Below, piece by piece: positions 52,335 to 63,025 of a DNA stretch of 64,000 bases; positions within the stretch are counted from its first letter, which is position 1, and each line of letters begins with the position of its first letter. Under the pieces are notes generated by a model. The model saw only the letters and a list, made by a program, of their open reading frames with translations. It searched no databases and had not been told where the DNA came from. This DNA is from Octopus bimaculoides (taxonomy: Eukaryota): the NCBI RefSeq assembly GCF_001194135.2, contig NC_068984.1, positions 38,341,003-38,405,002 of the forward strand, read 5' to 3'. The translations under genes and the position numbers were made by a program.

Positions 52335-53060
52335 TTGAGAGTAGCATTTGTTTAGGTTGGCTTGCTTCAGGACACCTGTACACAGCATTCTTTATGGAGC
52401 CAAAACCTAGGCAAAGAAAAAGGAGCTTCAAAATTATTTTGATGGTACATACACTATGCTTCTAATCATCATCATCATCGTTTAACGTCCGCTTTCCATG
52501 CTAGCATGGGTTGGACGATTTGACTGAGGACTGGTGAATCAGATGGCTGCACCAGGCTCCAATCTGATCTGGCAGAGTTTCTACAGCTGGATGCCCTTCC
52601 TAACGCCAACCACTCTGAGAGTATAGTGGGTGCTTTTACATGTCACCGGCATGAGGGCCAGTCAGGCGGTACTGGTAATGGCCACGCTCAAATGGTGTTT
52701 TTTATGTGCCACCTGCACAGGAGCCAGTCCAGCAGCACTGGCAACGACCTCGCTCAAATGTTTTTTTATGTGCCACCAGCACAAGTGTCAGTAAAATATT
52801 TTATGGTATGAGCACAAGAACAAAGAGGAGATTTATGGACATGTTTCACCAATCTCTACTACTGTTGATCAATACAGGATAAGCTTCACTGTTATGCTGA
52901 ACACAAGGCCATATAAAGTGTTATACTTTGGAGATTTCCCTGCCCTAACAGTGAGCAAAGACCACTTAACTACATTCACGTTATTGGCAGAGATACGCAT
53001 GAAATTGGGGACCTACCAAAGCTAGTAGGAAACAGATTCCTGGCATGGTACATCAAAACA
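52335..53060 (+). mobile_element. Second RTE lineage, 3' fragment, interrupted by a young RTE tail
   Basis: SILYGAKT*...; HCY.AEH..I.SVILWRFPCP...RPLNYI.VIGRDT..IGDL; insertion at 52466-52785. Confidence 0.7.
52466..52785 (-). mobile_element. Young RTE 3' UTR fragment
   Basis: (CAT)n-CGTTTAACGTCCGCTTTCCATGCTAGCATGGG and 3' UTR repeat units. Confidence 0.88.
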
Positions 53061-53552
53061 CATCTCAGTTGCAGATGCTTGAAGAGAAGGATTGACACAG
53101 CAAAAGACAGAAATGGATGATGGAAGTACCATGGTTGCATGAATCATGGTTTCTCAAAGACATAAGCAGCAATGTCACAAAACTCATTACAACTAAATAT
53201 GGGAAGCAAGCAAGGCTGAAATTAAAAACATTACTGATGGTAACCTTGTTAAAATGACCAAATAAAGTAGCAGCTCATGCTAAATTTGAATGAAATGAAA
53301 AAGAATTGCAAGTCAAAAGAAAATCAATTGAAACAAGATTTCAATGAGATTCACTTTCTGAACAAAAGTTAAAAATTTGACATTTGTCACTAAATTATAA
53401 AATAAAATTTTCTAGTTCCTTTTAATAACTGACACAGGTTATGTGTGATGGAGAACCAGCAGATGGGAATGTAATAAAAGGCAAAGCACATTAGTATTAT
53501 TTCAGAATGGTTTCTTTTCTTATTTTTCAACAGCTTAATTACAATTCAAGGT

Positions 53553-53864
53553 TTATACACTTATAGTTCTGAATACATTGAAGCCACCAAGGGCTGTACT
53601 AATGACCACACCGGGCATTTGCCGATGCCAGTGCACTTCTTTGATTTCATTTTGTCCTTGGTGTATAAAAAGCAATTGTGCTGGGATGTTTTCATCATCT
53701 TTGCTACTGCTCTCATCTTCTGTGTCCCTTTCAACAGCCATATCCCACAGAGATATCATGTTATCTTCACCAGATGCTGCAAACACGCTGTTGTCAGTGG
53801 GATGCCATTCTACTGATGTGATTGGTGCGCTATGGTGCTTAAATATAGCACTTGGTTTGTGATG
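53553..53864 (-). CDS. GRWD1: GRWD1 exon 6 (WD40, stop)
   Basis: ttctgtttcag; HHKPSAIFKHHSAPITSVEWHP...PAQLLFIHQGQNEIKEVHWHRQMPGVVISTALGGFNVFRTISV*. Total CDS 1290 nt = 429 aa + stop. Confidence 0.95.
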   Translation of the reverse strand, partial: HHKPSAIFKHHSAPITSVEWHPTDNSVFAASGEDNMISLWDMAVERDTEDESSSKDDENIPAQLLFIHQGQNEIKEVHWHRQMPGVVISTALGGFNVFRTISV

Positions 53865-55476
53865 CTGAAACAGAAGGAAATTTTTTATAAATTAATAGGA
53901 CAAACTATGATAAAACCATTTAACCCTTCAGTATTCAGATTATTCTCTCAAATGTAATGCTTATTCACATTCTTTTGAATTAAACAATGCATTATCTTGT
54001 AGCTTCAAAATTTCAAGACATTGCAGGGTAGGTGTGAGAAGCCAGATCTAGCCAGGATGAACATAAAATGAAGAATATTTTGGCCTGATATAGTTGAATT
54101 AAATGCTAATGGGTTAATCACCGTCATAGCATCTGTTACTACTAGACTTCTTCAAGATCAATTTGGCACTACTTGATTGTATGTAGAGCAGAAAATCCAT
54201 GATTGGATAATCTTCCTTCGATAAAAAGAGTACAACACAATATAAAAAGAATTTATATCAATTAAAGTAATAACCAATTTAGAAATTATAGATTTAGTTA
54301 TATATTTTACTTCTATTCTCTGAAACAGAACAAATCCCATCTGGGTTTGAATATCTTTTAGATATATGGTGGAAATGGTAAGCCAGTATTTATTTCCATT
54401 TGAGATAAAATTCCTAGGTTAAGTAAATAATGAAGACAGAAAAAGAAATTTGTGTTCATGTAAAGAGAATGATATATTAGTATTTTTATAAGTAGTAGTG
54501 GATGAAAGTCAAAAGAATATATGAGACGGTTGAAATTATAAATGAATTAAACAGTTGAAATAAAAACTAAATGTATGCAGACTTGGTGTTCTCATTAAAT
54601 ATTTAAAAAATGGGTTCGTTTTCATAAACAATCCTGTGTTGGGGAAGACCACTTAATTAATGTCAAGTAAAAGAGAACTAAAACTATCTGATGAGATGGT
54701 TTCTTGAGTCATTAACTCAGAGTTACCTATGTAATGGTACTTCTAAGATACTAGGACAGTTGGCGTAGGCCAATTGTGCTGATTGCTAATTAAAAAAATC
54801 TACTGAAAATATCAATGGGTCACATAGCAGAGTCACAATAGAAATTGCTAGATGACAGCGTAATACCATGTTGCAACAGTTTGGAAGATGTAAAATATGT
54901 ATATGTAAACATTGCAAAAATAAAAATATGTAGAAATAACACTTAGACTGTAGCAGTAGTGGATTAGGAGTGTCATTAGAACATCAGCCAAAATGCCCTA
55001 CAGAATTTTAGTTATGCTTTGAGTTCAAACCCAATCAATTTTACCTTTCATTTTTCAGGGGTAAATGAAATAAAGAACCAGTTAAGTACTGGAAGCGGTT
55101 TAATCTTTCTCGTCTGTAACTCTAGCTCATCAGAGATTATTTTAATATGCAGAAGAAAGTTGTTTTATGTCAGTAATTTGATAAGCTTCTAACTTCACAT
55201 ATAAACCTGGGGTGGTCATCACATTTAAGTGAGCTGAAACAAAAATCACATGCAACAATATATATATATTATGGCCAGATGGAAACATAAATGAAGGAAT
55301 ATTCAGTGAAAAATAGATCAAGTAAGGTCCAGAATTGAACGATTAATACTACTTCACAAAACTAAAAAGAAACAAAAACCCCTTAATAAATATAATGATC
55401 ATGATATGAAAATATGTCTTATTTACAATATTTATTTTACAATTCTTCAGAACTATTCAATTCCCATTTTACTTAC

Positions 55477-55674
55477 TTGAAATTGGCGCAGATCCCAAAT
55501 CTTTATAACTCCATCATCCCCTCCAGACACTAAGAAAGGATCATTTCGATTCCAGTGGATCACATTAACATCAGCTTCATGAGCACCGGAACATGTCAGC
55601 ATACAAGCCTTGGCTGGTGATGTTCTTGCATCCCAAACTTTGATACTTTTATCAACAGAACATGAAGCAAATAC
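55477..55674 (-). CDS. GRWD1: GRWD1 exon 5 (WD40)
   Basis: ttgttaaag / gtaagt; [17 protein letters not shown]...[36 protein letters not shown]. Confidence 0.95.
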
Positions 55675-55964
55675 CTTTAACAAGATGCAAAAAAAAAAAA
55701 ACATAATATATTGCAGTGTATTGAGGACAAACATGCAGTGTTTATTTTTGTCAACAAAAGTTATTTACGTGTTTATTTATTCTATACCTACTTCTCAGTT
55801 GATTTCCAGGTAAATATAGATGTAGGATGGCTGTGTGGTTAAGAAGCTTGCTTCCCAATCATGTGGTTTGGGGTTCAGTCCCACTGCATGGCACCTTGGG
55901 CAAGTATTTTTTATATTCTGGGCAAACCAAAGCCTTGTGAGTGGATTTGGTAGATGGAAACTGA

Positions 55965-56056
<92 letters not shown>
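55965..56056. repeat. (TA)n microsatellite inside a SINE
   Basis: Follows GGTAGATGGAAACTGAA of the SINE core. Confidence 0.95.
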
Positions 56057-56058
<2 letters not shown>

Positions 56059-56432
56059 TCATCATCATCACCGTTTAACGTCCGCTTTCCATGCTAGCAT
56101 GAGTTGGACAATTTGATTGAGGACTGGCGAACCAGATGGCTGCACCAGTCTCCAATCTGATCTGGCAGAGTTTCTACAGCTGGATGTCCTTCCTAATGCC
56201 AACCACTCCGAGAGTATAGTGAGTGCTTTTATGTGCCAACAGCACGAGGGCCAGCCAGGCGGTACTGGCAACGGCCACACTCAAAATGGTGTTTTTTACG
56301 TGCCACCTGCACAGGAGCCAGTCCAGTGGCGTTAGGAAGGGCATCAGACTGGAACTTGGTGCAGCCCTCTGTCTTACCAGTTTCAGTCAAACCGTCTAAC
56401 CCATGCCAGCATGGAAAGCAGACGTTAGATGA
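56056..56432. mobile_element. Two head-to-head RTE 3' fragments (- 56056-56325, + 56326-56432) nested in a SINE
   Basis: (CAT)n tail at the left and GACGTTAGATGATG tail at the right; the host SINE head is at 55823-55965 and its tail at 56433-56640. Confidence 0.8.
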
Positions 56433-57788
56433 TGCATCTTGACATCACATGTTGGTAGTGAACAAGGACCGCCTTCATATAAGCGATATTGTCAGTTTCC
56501 AGTCTTCCATGCAAAATATATCTGGACTTGGAAACGGGTGAGAGTTGGTAACAGGAACAGCATCTGGTCATAGAAAACCTGTTTCAACAAATTTCATCTG
56601 ACCCATGCAAGCATGGAAAAGTGGACATTGAATAATGATGATAACAATACATTCATTATCTTTAAATGTACAACACTTACTGGGGACAGTTCTTAATACT
56701 TCAACTACAGCATTTTAATCAAAGCAAATAGCAAAACAGACACTTGGATAAATCTTAAGGATGTTTTACATTTGAACATCACTGTGTACAACTTATTATA
56801 TCTGGTAGTGGTATGACAAGGCCAGATCTTTAAATTACAGGTACAGACTACCCGATAGGCTCCTACAGTTTTCTTACCCAGTTTCACAGATAAGGCTTCA
56901 GGTAGTCTAAAGCTATGCTACAGACACTTGCCCAAGATGTCATGTGGTAGAACTGAATCTGGAACCTCATTCTGGCATGTGTGTGGTATGTGTATGTATG
57001 TTGTTGATTTGATTAATGTCTATTTTACCATGCTAGCAAGGATTAGATGGGGATGCCAACCCTTAACGGTTTCTCAAGGGAAGTTATAATTCCAGGGGAA
57101 TTTGAAAGCACAAAGCTAGCAGATGATGTGCTGACAGAAGATATCAAATAAGCAAAGCCACTAGTTGCAGCCTTACAAATACAAACACACATATACATAT
57201 AATGCCATGCAGTGGGGTTGAACCCAGAACCAGGTTGAGAAGCAAACTACTTACCACACAAGCCACACCTGCACACACACATGTACATACAAACTTGTAT
57301 GTAAACTTATATTATACACATACAAATACGTCAAATTTACCCATTCCTCCATAGACTGCAGAAATGATTAACAACCTTAATTGATTTTCAGTCACACATG
57401 TACATACGTGTGACATACATACACACACACATACATATATATATCTTGAAGCACACAAGAGTTCTATTAAACTGAGGATATGGTAGAATACAGTTGGCCA
57501 AGATGTGATATGGAGGGAGCAAGTCTGGCATCACATGACTGTGAAGAATACTTAACCACACATTCATGCTTGCGTCCTAAAATTATTAGCAAAAGTGAAG
57601 TTCTAACAGACATCGTTTAGGAATCCAAATCTTCAATCACTCAGTTGTTATACTGAACACAAATACACATTCAATCATTTAAATTTTTCTCTTCCAGTGA
57701 CACAACCTTTAAATCAATAATGATCATTTCTATCCAATGAAGAGACTATAGAATTCTACTGAGTATATATTTTCATCAAGAAACTCAC

Positions 57789-57931
57789 ATTGGCTTCTGT
57801 GGGTGACCACTGGATGTCTTCTACAGAGTCTGAGTGGCTGCTGTAGGGATTTGGTTCAACACACCAACTAGAATCAGATTTTAGCTTCCAAAGGTAAATA
57901 TTTTTGTTGCAATCACCTGATGCTAACTGGC
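57789..57931 (-). CDS. GRWD1: GRWD1 exon 4 (WD40)
   Basis: cattttcag / gtgagt; (G)QLASGDCNKNIYLWK...YSSHSDSVEDIQWSPTEAN; phase 1-0. Confidence 0.95.
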
Positions 57932-59162
57932 CTGAAAATGAACAAACATATAAATGTAATTAATGTGGTTTATGTCTTAAGGTACAAAACTGAAAATTAT
58001 GAAACTAATTACTAATATAAGACGGACAAACTACAACTTACTCTACCAATAATAGCTGCTACATAAATTCTAATTGTAGATCTGATCATTAAAGACAGGA
58101 GCAGAAAGTATATTTCTCCCTTTACTTGAATCAACTATATTTTAATATTAAGCATTAATATGGATGTTTTTATACACTAAAATTGCATGTGGGAAGTTAT
58201 AAATAACAAGTGTAGGCACATCTATGTGGTAAGAAGCTTGCTTCCCAGTCATATGGTTCCAGGTTCAGTTCTACTGCATAGCACCTTGGGCAAGTGTTTT
58301 CTATAGCCCTGGGCAAACCAAAGCCTTGTGACTGGATTTGGTAGATAGGAACTGTGTATGTATATCATCATCATCATCATTGTCGTTTAACGTCCGCTTT
58401 CCATGCTAGCACGGGTTGGACGATTTGACTGAGGACTGGTGAAACCAGATGGCTACACCAGGCTCTGGTTGAGTGTCTTCTACTATAGCCTCAGGCCAAC
58501 CAAAGCCTTGTAAGTGGATTTGGAGACAGAAACTGAAAGAAGCCCATCATTTATACATATATTTTTGTACCTGCATTTGTTTCCCCACCCTCCACCACTC
58601 GACAACCAGTGTTGGTGTGTTAATGTTCCTGTAACTTAGCAGCTCAGCAAAAGTGACCAATAGAACCCGACTTAACAAAGAATAAGTACTAGAGTTTGAT
58701 TAATTTGACTAAAAATTCTTCAAGGTGGTGCCCAAGCATGGCCACAATCTAATAACTGAAACAAGTAAAAGATAAAAGACTGGTAACTAAATACATAAAC
58801 CAATAAAATATACTTTTATGAAGGTGGGCACAATTTCCTATCATGAACATAATTCAGCATTGTCTATCTCTGAATTTCTTACTTATATTTGAACGCTTTT
58901 ACTTGATCATATTATCAGTTCTATCTAGTCTGTCTTGAAGGTGAGCCCAGGAAGATGAAACTTAGATAGGTATTCATATATTTGTTTGAGATAGATGCAT
59001 ACTTTATAATCTTATAGCAATAATGATAATTCTATTTCATATAAAAATTAGATGTATAAAGGGCTCTAAGTTAAAACAACTTTTCTGTTTAAATTCTAAC
59101 AGGTGCACAAGCACTAACTGGTGTAGTGGCAGCATTTTAAAAGATAATAACTAAGAATTTAC

Positions 59163-59373
59163 CGGGAGTGATTCTAGACCAATCTAAAGCATATCCTTCT
59201 ACATGGTGACCAGAAAAATTGAAAATTGGATCTGGAGATAAACAATTCCTGATATAGTAGCTCAATTTCTCTGTATCATTGATGGCTTCATATGGTTTAG
59301 ATAAATCCCATATATATACTTTTCCATTCATTGACCAAGTGGCAGCATACTTCTTGTTGTTTATCTCTGTTGC
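59163..59373 (-). CDS. GRWD1: GRWD1 exon 3
   Basis: cctttcag / gtaaat; ATEINNKKYAATWSMNGKVYIWD...FSGHHVEGYALDWSRITP(G); phase 0-1. Confidence 0.95.
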
Positions 59374-60885
59374 CTGAAAGGAAACAAATACTCCATTATA
59401 TAACTACATAGAAAGTTTATATACTGACCGAATCAACATCATCATCATCATTGTCATAATCATTTAAACATGCTAAAATGAAATGGATAGGTCGGTAATG
59501 CATCTTTGCAAATTTTCATCATATAAGCTCGTCTCTAATCCCTAGTATATCTCAACAATTCTGTAACCTGCCTCCAATATGGAGTTTTTTTACACTAGCA
59601 ATTCAAGGCACTATCACCTAGTTATGTCAATTGTTCGCATTACATATTCAAACCAACATAATATCTCAGATGCACTCAGGAAGATCAATTCTATGAGACC
59701 ATTTTGCAGATCACCTTGATGATGATTGACAATGACCCAGAAAGACATATTACAAAGTAAAATGAAGGTTGATTGTATGGTGAAGATGATAAAAGACCAA
59801 CACAATTGGCATTTCAATGTGTTTGATAAGGCCTGTCTGTCACAGTAAAAATGACATCCTGAAGCATTAGGCTTATGTTTATACATTTGTTGGGCCCTTC
59901 CTCTGCACCCAATCTGTTTCTGTTATGCTTTCCCCACTTCTCATCTTTCTAACACCCAGTCCTCCATCACTCTCCTAATAATACTATTCAGCTGCTGTAA
60001 TCATATAACAACAGAATCTGAAAATATTTCTCCTTTATGTTAGTAATTACCTCACCTCTCTGCAACTAATTCTTTTAATACCATCCCCTCCCACTTAATT
60101 TTCTACTAATTAATTTTTCCTGTGTCACCAGGTATCTCTTCTCCTCTGAGTTACATCTTAGGACCGCCATATCTCATCTTTAACACCCTTTTGTATCTCC
60201 AGTCACTACTGCATATCTCTGATTTCCATCACTGTTCCTGTACGTCTCTCTCTCTCTCTCTCTACCTTGCACATCATCTCCATTTTCTGATCTATCTACA
60301 AGTTTATTATACTGCTGCTCTCCACCATTTCTGTGCTTATCACACACTCTTGAGAGTATGCTCTGACACCTTGTCACTAACATTTTTATCTTTCCAGCTA
60401 CTTTCACCCTATCCTATATGATGCAGAGTGGCCATGTATCTTTTCTATAGCAAGACACCTAGCATAAAACCACTTACACCTCTACTACAATCCCATTCAC
60501 TTGAGAGAGCTTCACTAATGCTGGGAGTCGCAAAAAGAAAACCACCCAGTAAACTTTATAAAGTGATTGGTGTTAGGAAGGGCATCCAGTCACAAAAGAT
60601 ATCACACTTGCATCTCCAGCAGATGAAACAGTTATATTAAACTTGTCTTCAATCCTATTTGTTTTCCCTAACAACAGACAGAAAGTGTAAACAGGCCCTC
60701 TTCTAGGTGTTAGTTTTAGTCCTTTTTTTCACCTCCACTCCTATGAATCTGTTGTATCCCCTACACATAACATCAGACTACAAGAGTACTTTCAGCTGCA
60801 ATAGTATACTTAAAACAGAAAATGTAAGACTCTCTTAGACTAGAAAGAGACATCTTCCATTAATATATTAAACATATAACATTTT

Positions 60886-61026
60886 TAAAGTGAAGGTATG
60901 TTGTCAACCTAATGTGACAGTCCCATGTTGGCCAACAGGAAACGGTGTTTCCTAGGGCTAAATAGCAGTAGCATTCTTTCCTTTCATGGGACTGTCACAT
61001 TGAGTTGACAACATATCATCACTTTA
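60886..61026. mobile_element. ~140-bp MITE-like palindrome
   Basis: ~41-nt arms AAAGTGA.G.TATGTTGTCAAC..AATGTGACAGTCCCATG with 4 mismatches; T/A-rich ends (TTAAAG...CTTTA). Confidence 0.6.
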
Positions 61027-61123
61027 TTGTGCTGCTACTGTATAAATCTCTCTAAGAGATTTAGAAATGTATTATTTCTATATAACATTTTTGTTAACCC
61101 CCCCAGACATCATTTATAAAATT

Positions 61124-61484
61124 GGTAGAGATGGACTATATGTAATCTGAACCTTTCCCCCCCTTATTTATTAATTTTTTTTTTTACGGAATCCCACGTT
61201 TTAGGCTATGGAGATTCCGNNNNNNNNNNNNNNNNNNNNNNNNNNNNNNNNNNNNNNNNNNNNNNNNNNNNNNNNNNNNNNNNNNNNNNNNNNNNNNNNN
61301 NNNNNNNNNNNNNNNNNNNNNNNNNNNNNNNNNNNNNNNNNNNNNNNNNNNNNNNNNNNNNNNNNNNNNNNNNNNNNNNNNNNNNNNNNNNNNNNNNNNN
61401 NNNNNNNCGTGGGATTCCGTAAAAAAACAAAATTTAAAAGGGGGAGGGGGGGTATACCCAGATTACATATACTCCATCTCCACC
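61124..61484. mobile_element. DNA transposon with long TIRs spanning an N gap
   Basis: GGTAGAGATGGACTATATGTAATCTG ... CAGATTACATATACTCCATCTCCACC; inner arm TTTTTACGGAATCCCACG / CGTGGGATTCCGTAAAAA; perfect 8-bp TSD ATAAAATT at 61116-61123 and 61485-61492. Confidence 0.85.
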
Positions 61485-61515
61485 ATAAAATTAAAATATA
61501 AGAGATCATACTTAC

Positions 61516-61787
61516 CCTAATTCGATTAACACATCCCGGATGATTGAGAGTGGTAGTTTCTAGATCAGGTTTATCATCTTCATCTTCGCTCTCTGAAGAA
61601 TCCGAATCACTATCATCGGCTGTTTTATGCTTAATACGCTGTAAATTGCTCATTTTCATCACAGTAATAATGTCGTTATGGTCCTTTGGGGACTGACTTC
61701 CAGCCACAAGACTTAGTGTAAGAGGAAATTCTTCTCTATCGTCACCAAGATCATCCAACAAGACATCAAAACTGAGACACGGTGAGC
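61516..61787 (-). CDS. GRWD1: GRWD1 exon 2
   Basis: tttttgtttag / gtaagt; (G)SPCLSFDVLLDDLGDDREEFPLTLSLVAGSQ...acidic tract...NHPGCVNRIR; PCLSFD motif. Confidence 0.95.
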
Positions 61788-62177
61788 CTAAACAAAAACA
61801 AAAAGGCAACGAACGGTGATAGACTTTCAGTAAACACGGAAAGTAATATTCGATAAAGAACATAGTTGAAGTTTTAAGAACAGATGTGACAGACAAAATC
61901 TAACTAGATCTGCACTATAAATGTATTAAACGAAAGTTAACTGGTGGCTGAAGTTAGTGAAACGCCAGGATTATAAGCTTGTATCTAAGTTCAAATTCAG
62001 GACGATCTTCGACATCTGGCACTTACATGTGCTTAAAGCTTTCGATTTAGGGACATATAAAGGCGACAGATTTTAAATTATATACGATCAATTAATAATT
62101 ACATAAAATGTTGTTTTGCAAGCGTTAAAAACATTTATTAAAAAAAGCAAATCGCTAAAATCAAATAAATAATATAC

Positions 62178-62331
62178 CTAAGTTTGCTTGATGATACATG
62201 ACGTAAGCAGTGTCATCAAATTCTAATTCTTCCTCTTCCTTATCTTCGACATTATTATCTTCTGTCTCCATATCATCCATTTCGGAATCACTGTTCTCTC
62301 TGTTTTCAACAGCTTGCTCCATTTCAGCCAT
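62178..62331 (-). CDS. GRWD1: Glutamate-rich WD repeat protein 1, exon 1
   Basis: AAG ATG G start; MAEMEQAVENRENSDSEMDDMETEDNNVEDKEEEELEFDDTAYVMYHQANL(G); gtatat donor, phase 1. EEL..D..AY..YH is the GRWD1/Rrb1 N-terminal motif. Confidence 0.9.
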
Positions 62332-62590
62332 CTTACTCCATGTGTCTCAATATTACACAATGCGCATGTCCACAAAATTATCTTTTCGCAAGAATTACCG
62401 GCCTTGCTGTGGTAGAGATCTTATACCTATTACGATGGAGAAGTTGAGCTGATTTTGCTAAATATCCATTGAATGATATTTGGTCATCTTGAAAAATGAT
62501 AACCTACTAAATAATGTCATCCTCGATAGACAAGGCAGGGCGATCTTTCGATACTAGTCCGCCACAACTTCCGGTCGTTGCGCGCACGGA
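62325..62590. promoter_or_regulatory. Putative GRWD1 housekeeping-type promoter
   Basis: Local CpG enrichment; YY1-like GCCATCTT (AAGATGGC on -) over the start codon; NRF1-like TGCGCATG at 62361-62368; two ETS-like sites (ACTTCCGG, CGGAAG) near 62567-62590. Motif assignments are by resemblance only. Confidence 0.5.
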
Positions 62591-62599
62591 AGACAACAT

Positions 62600-62790
62600 T
62601 AAATAGAAACTCAAACCTTCTCCCCCTCAGATGCATACAGTTCTCAAACTTTAAACACATAAACACGCTATACGATCATGTAATCAGTATAGGGAGGAGA
62701 TACGCCACTGTGGAGGTGCGCTTCACAACGGAGGAGGAAGCAATAAAGCACTCCACAGAGGCAATAAGGACAGAGGAATGGGTGCTTGAT
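62600..62790 (+). other. Short open, CpG-rich coding-like fragment, possibly LINE ORF1/gag-like
   Basis: LYDHVISIGRRYATVEVRFTTEEEAIKHSTEAIRTEEWVL is RRM-like by eye; truncated at the right by a SINE. Confidence 0.3.
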
Positions 62791-63025
62791 AATTATTCTA
62801 TCAGTCACTTTCGCCGAACCGCTGGTTTCGGGGACGTAAACAAACCAACATCGGTTGTCAAGCTGTGGCGAGAATACACACACACACACACACGACGTCT
62901 TCTTTCAGTTTCCGTCTACTTAATCCACTCACAAGGCTTCGGTCGGCCCAGGGGCTTTGTAGAAGACACTTGCCTAAGGTGTCACACAATGGGACTGAAC
63001 CTGGAACTATGCGGTTGGGAAAGCA
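62787..63025 (-). mobile_element. tRNA-headed CORE-like SINE with internal (TG)n, relatively young
   Basis: CCCAACCGCATAGTTCCAGGTTCAGTCCCATTGTGTGACACCTTAGGCAAGTGTCTTCTAC on -; CpGs retained. Confidence 0.75.

Noticed and set aside
1846-63025. Multiple tRNA-like sequences with A/B boxes
   Set aside because: All run into SINE cores and lack a complete cloverleaf with a T-tract terminator; they are SINE heads, not tRNA genes.
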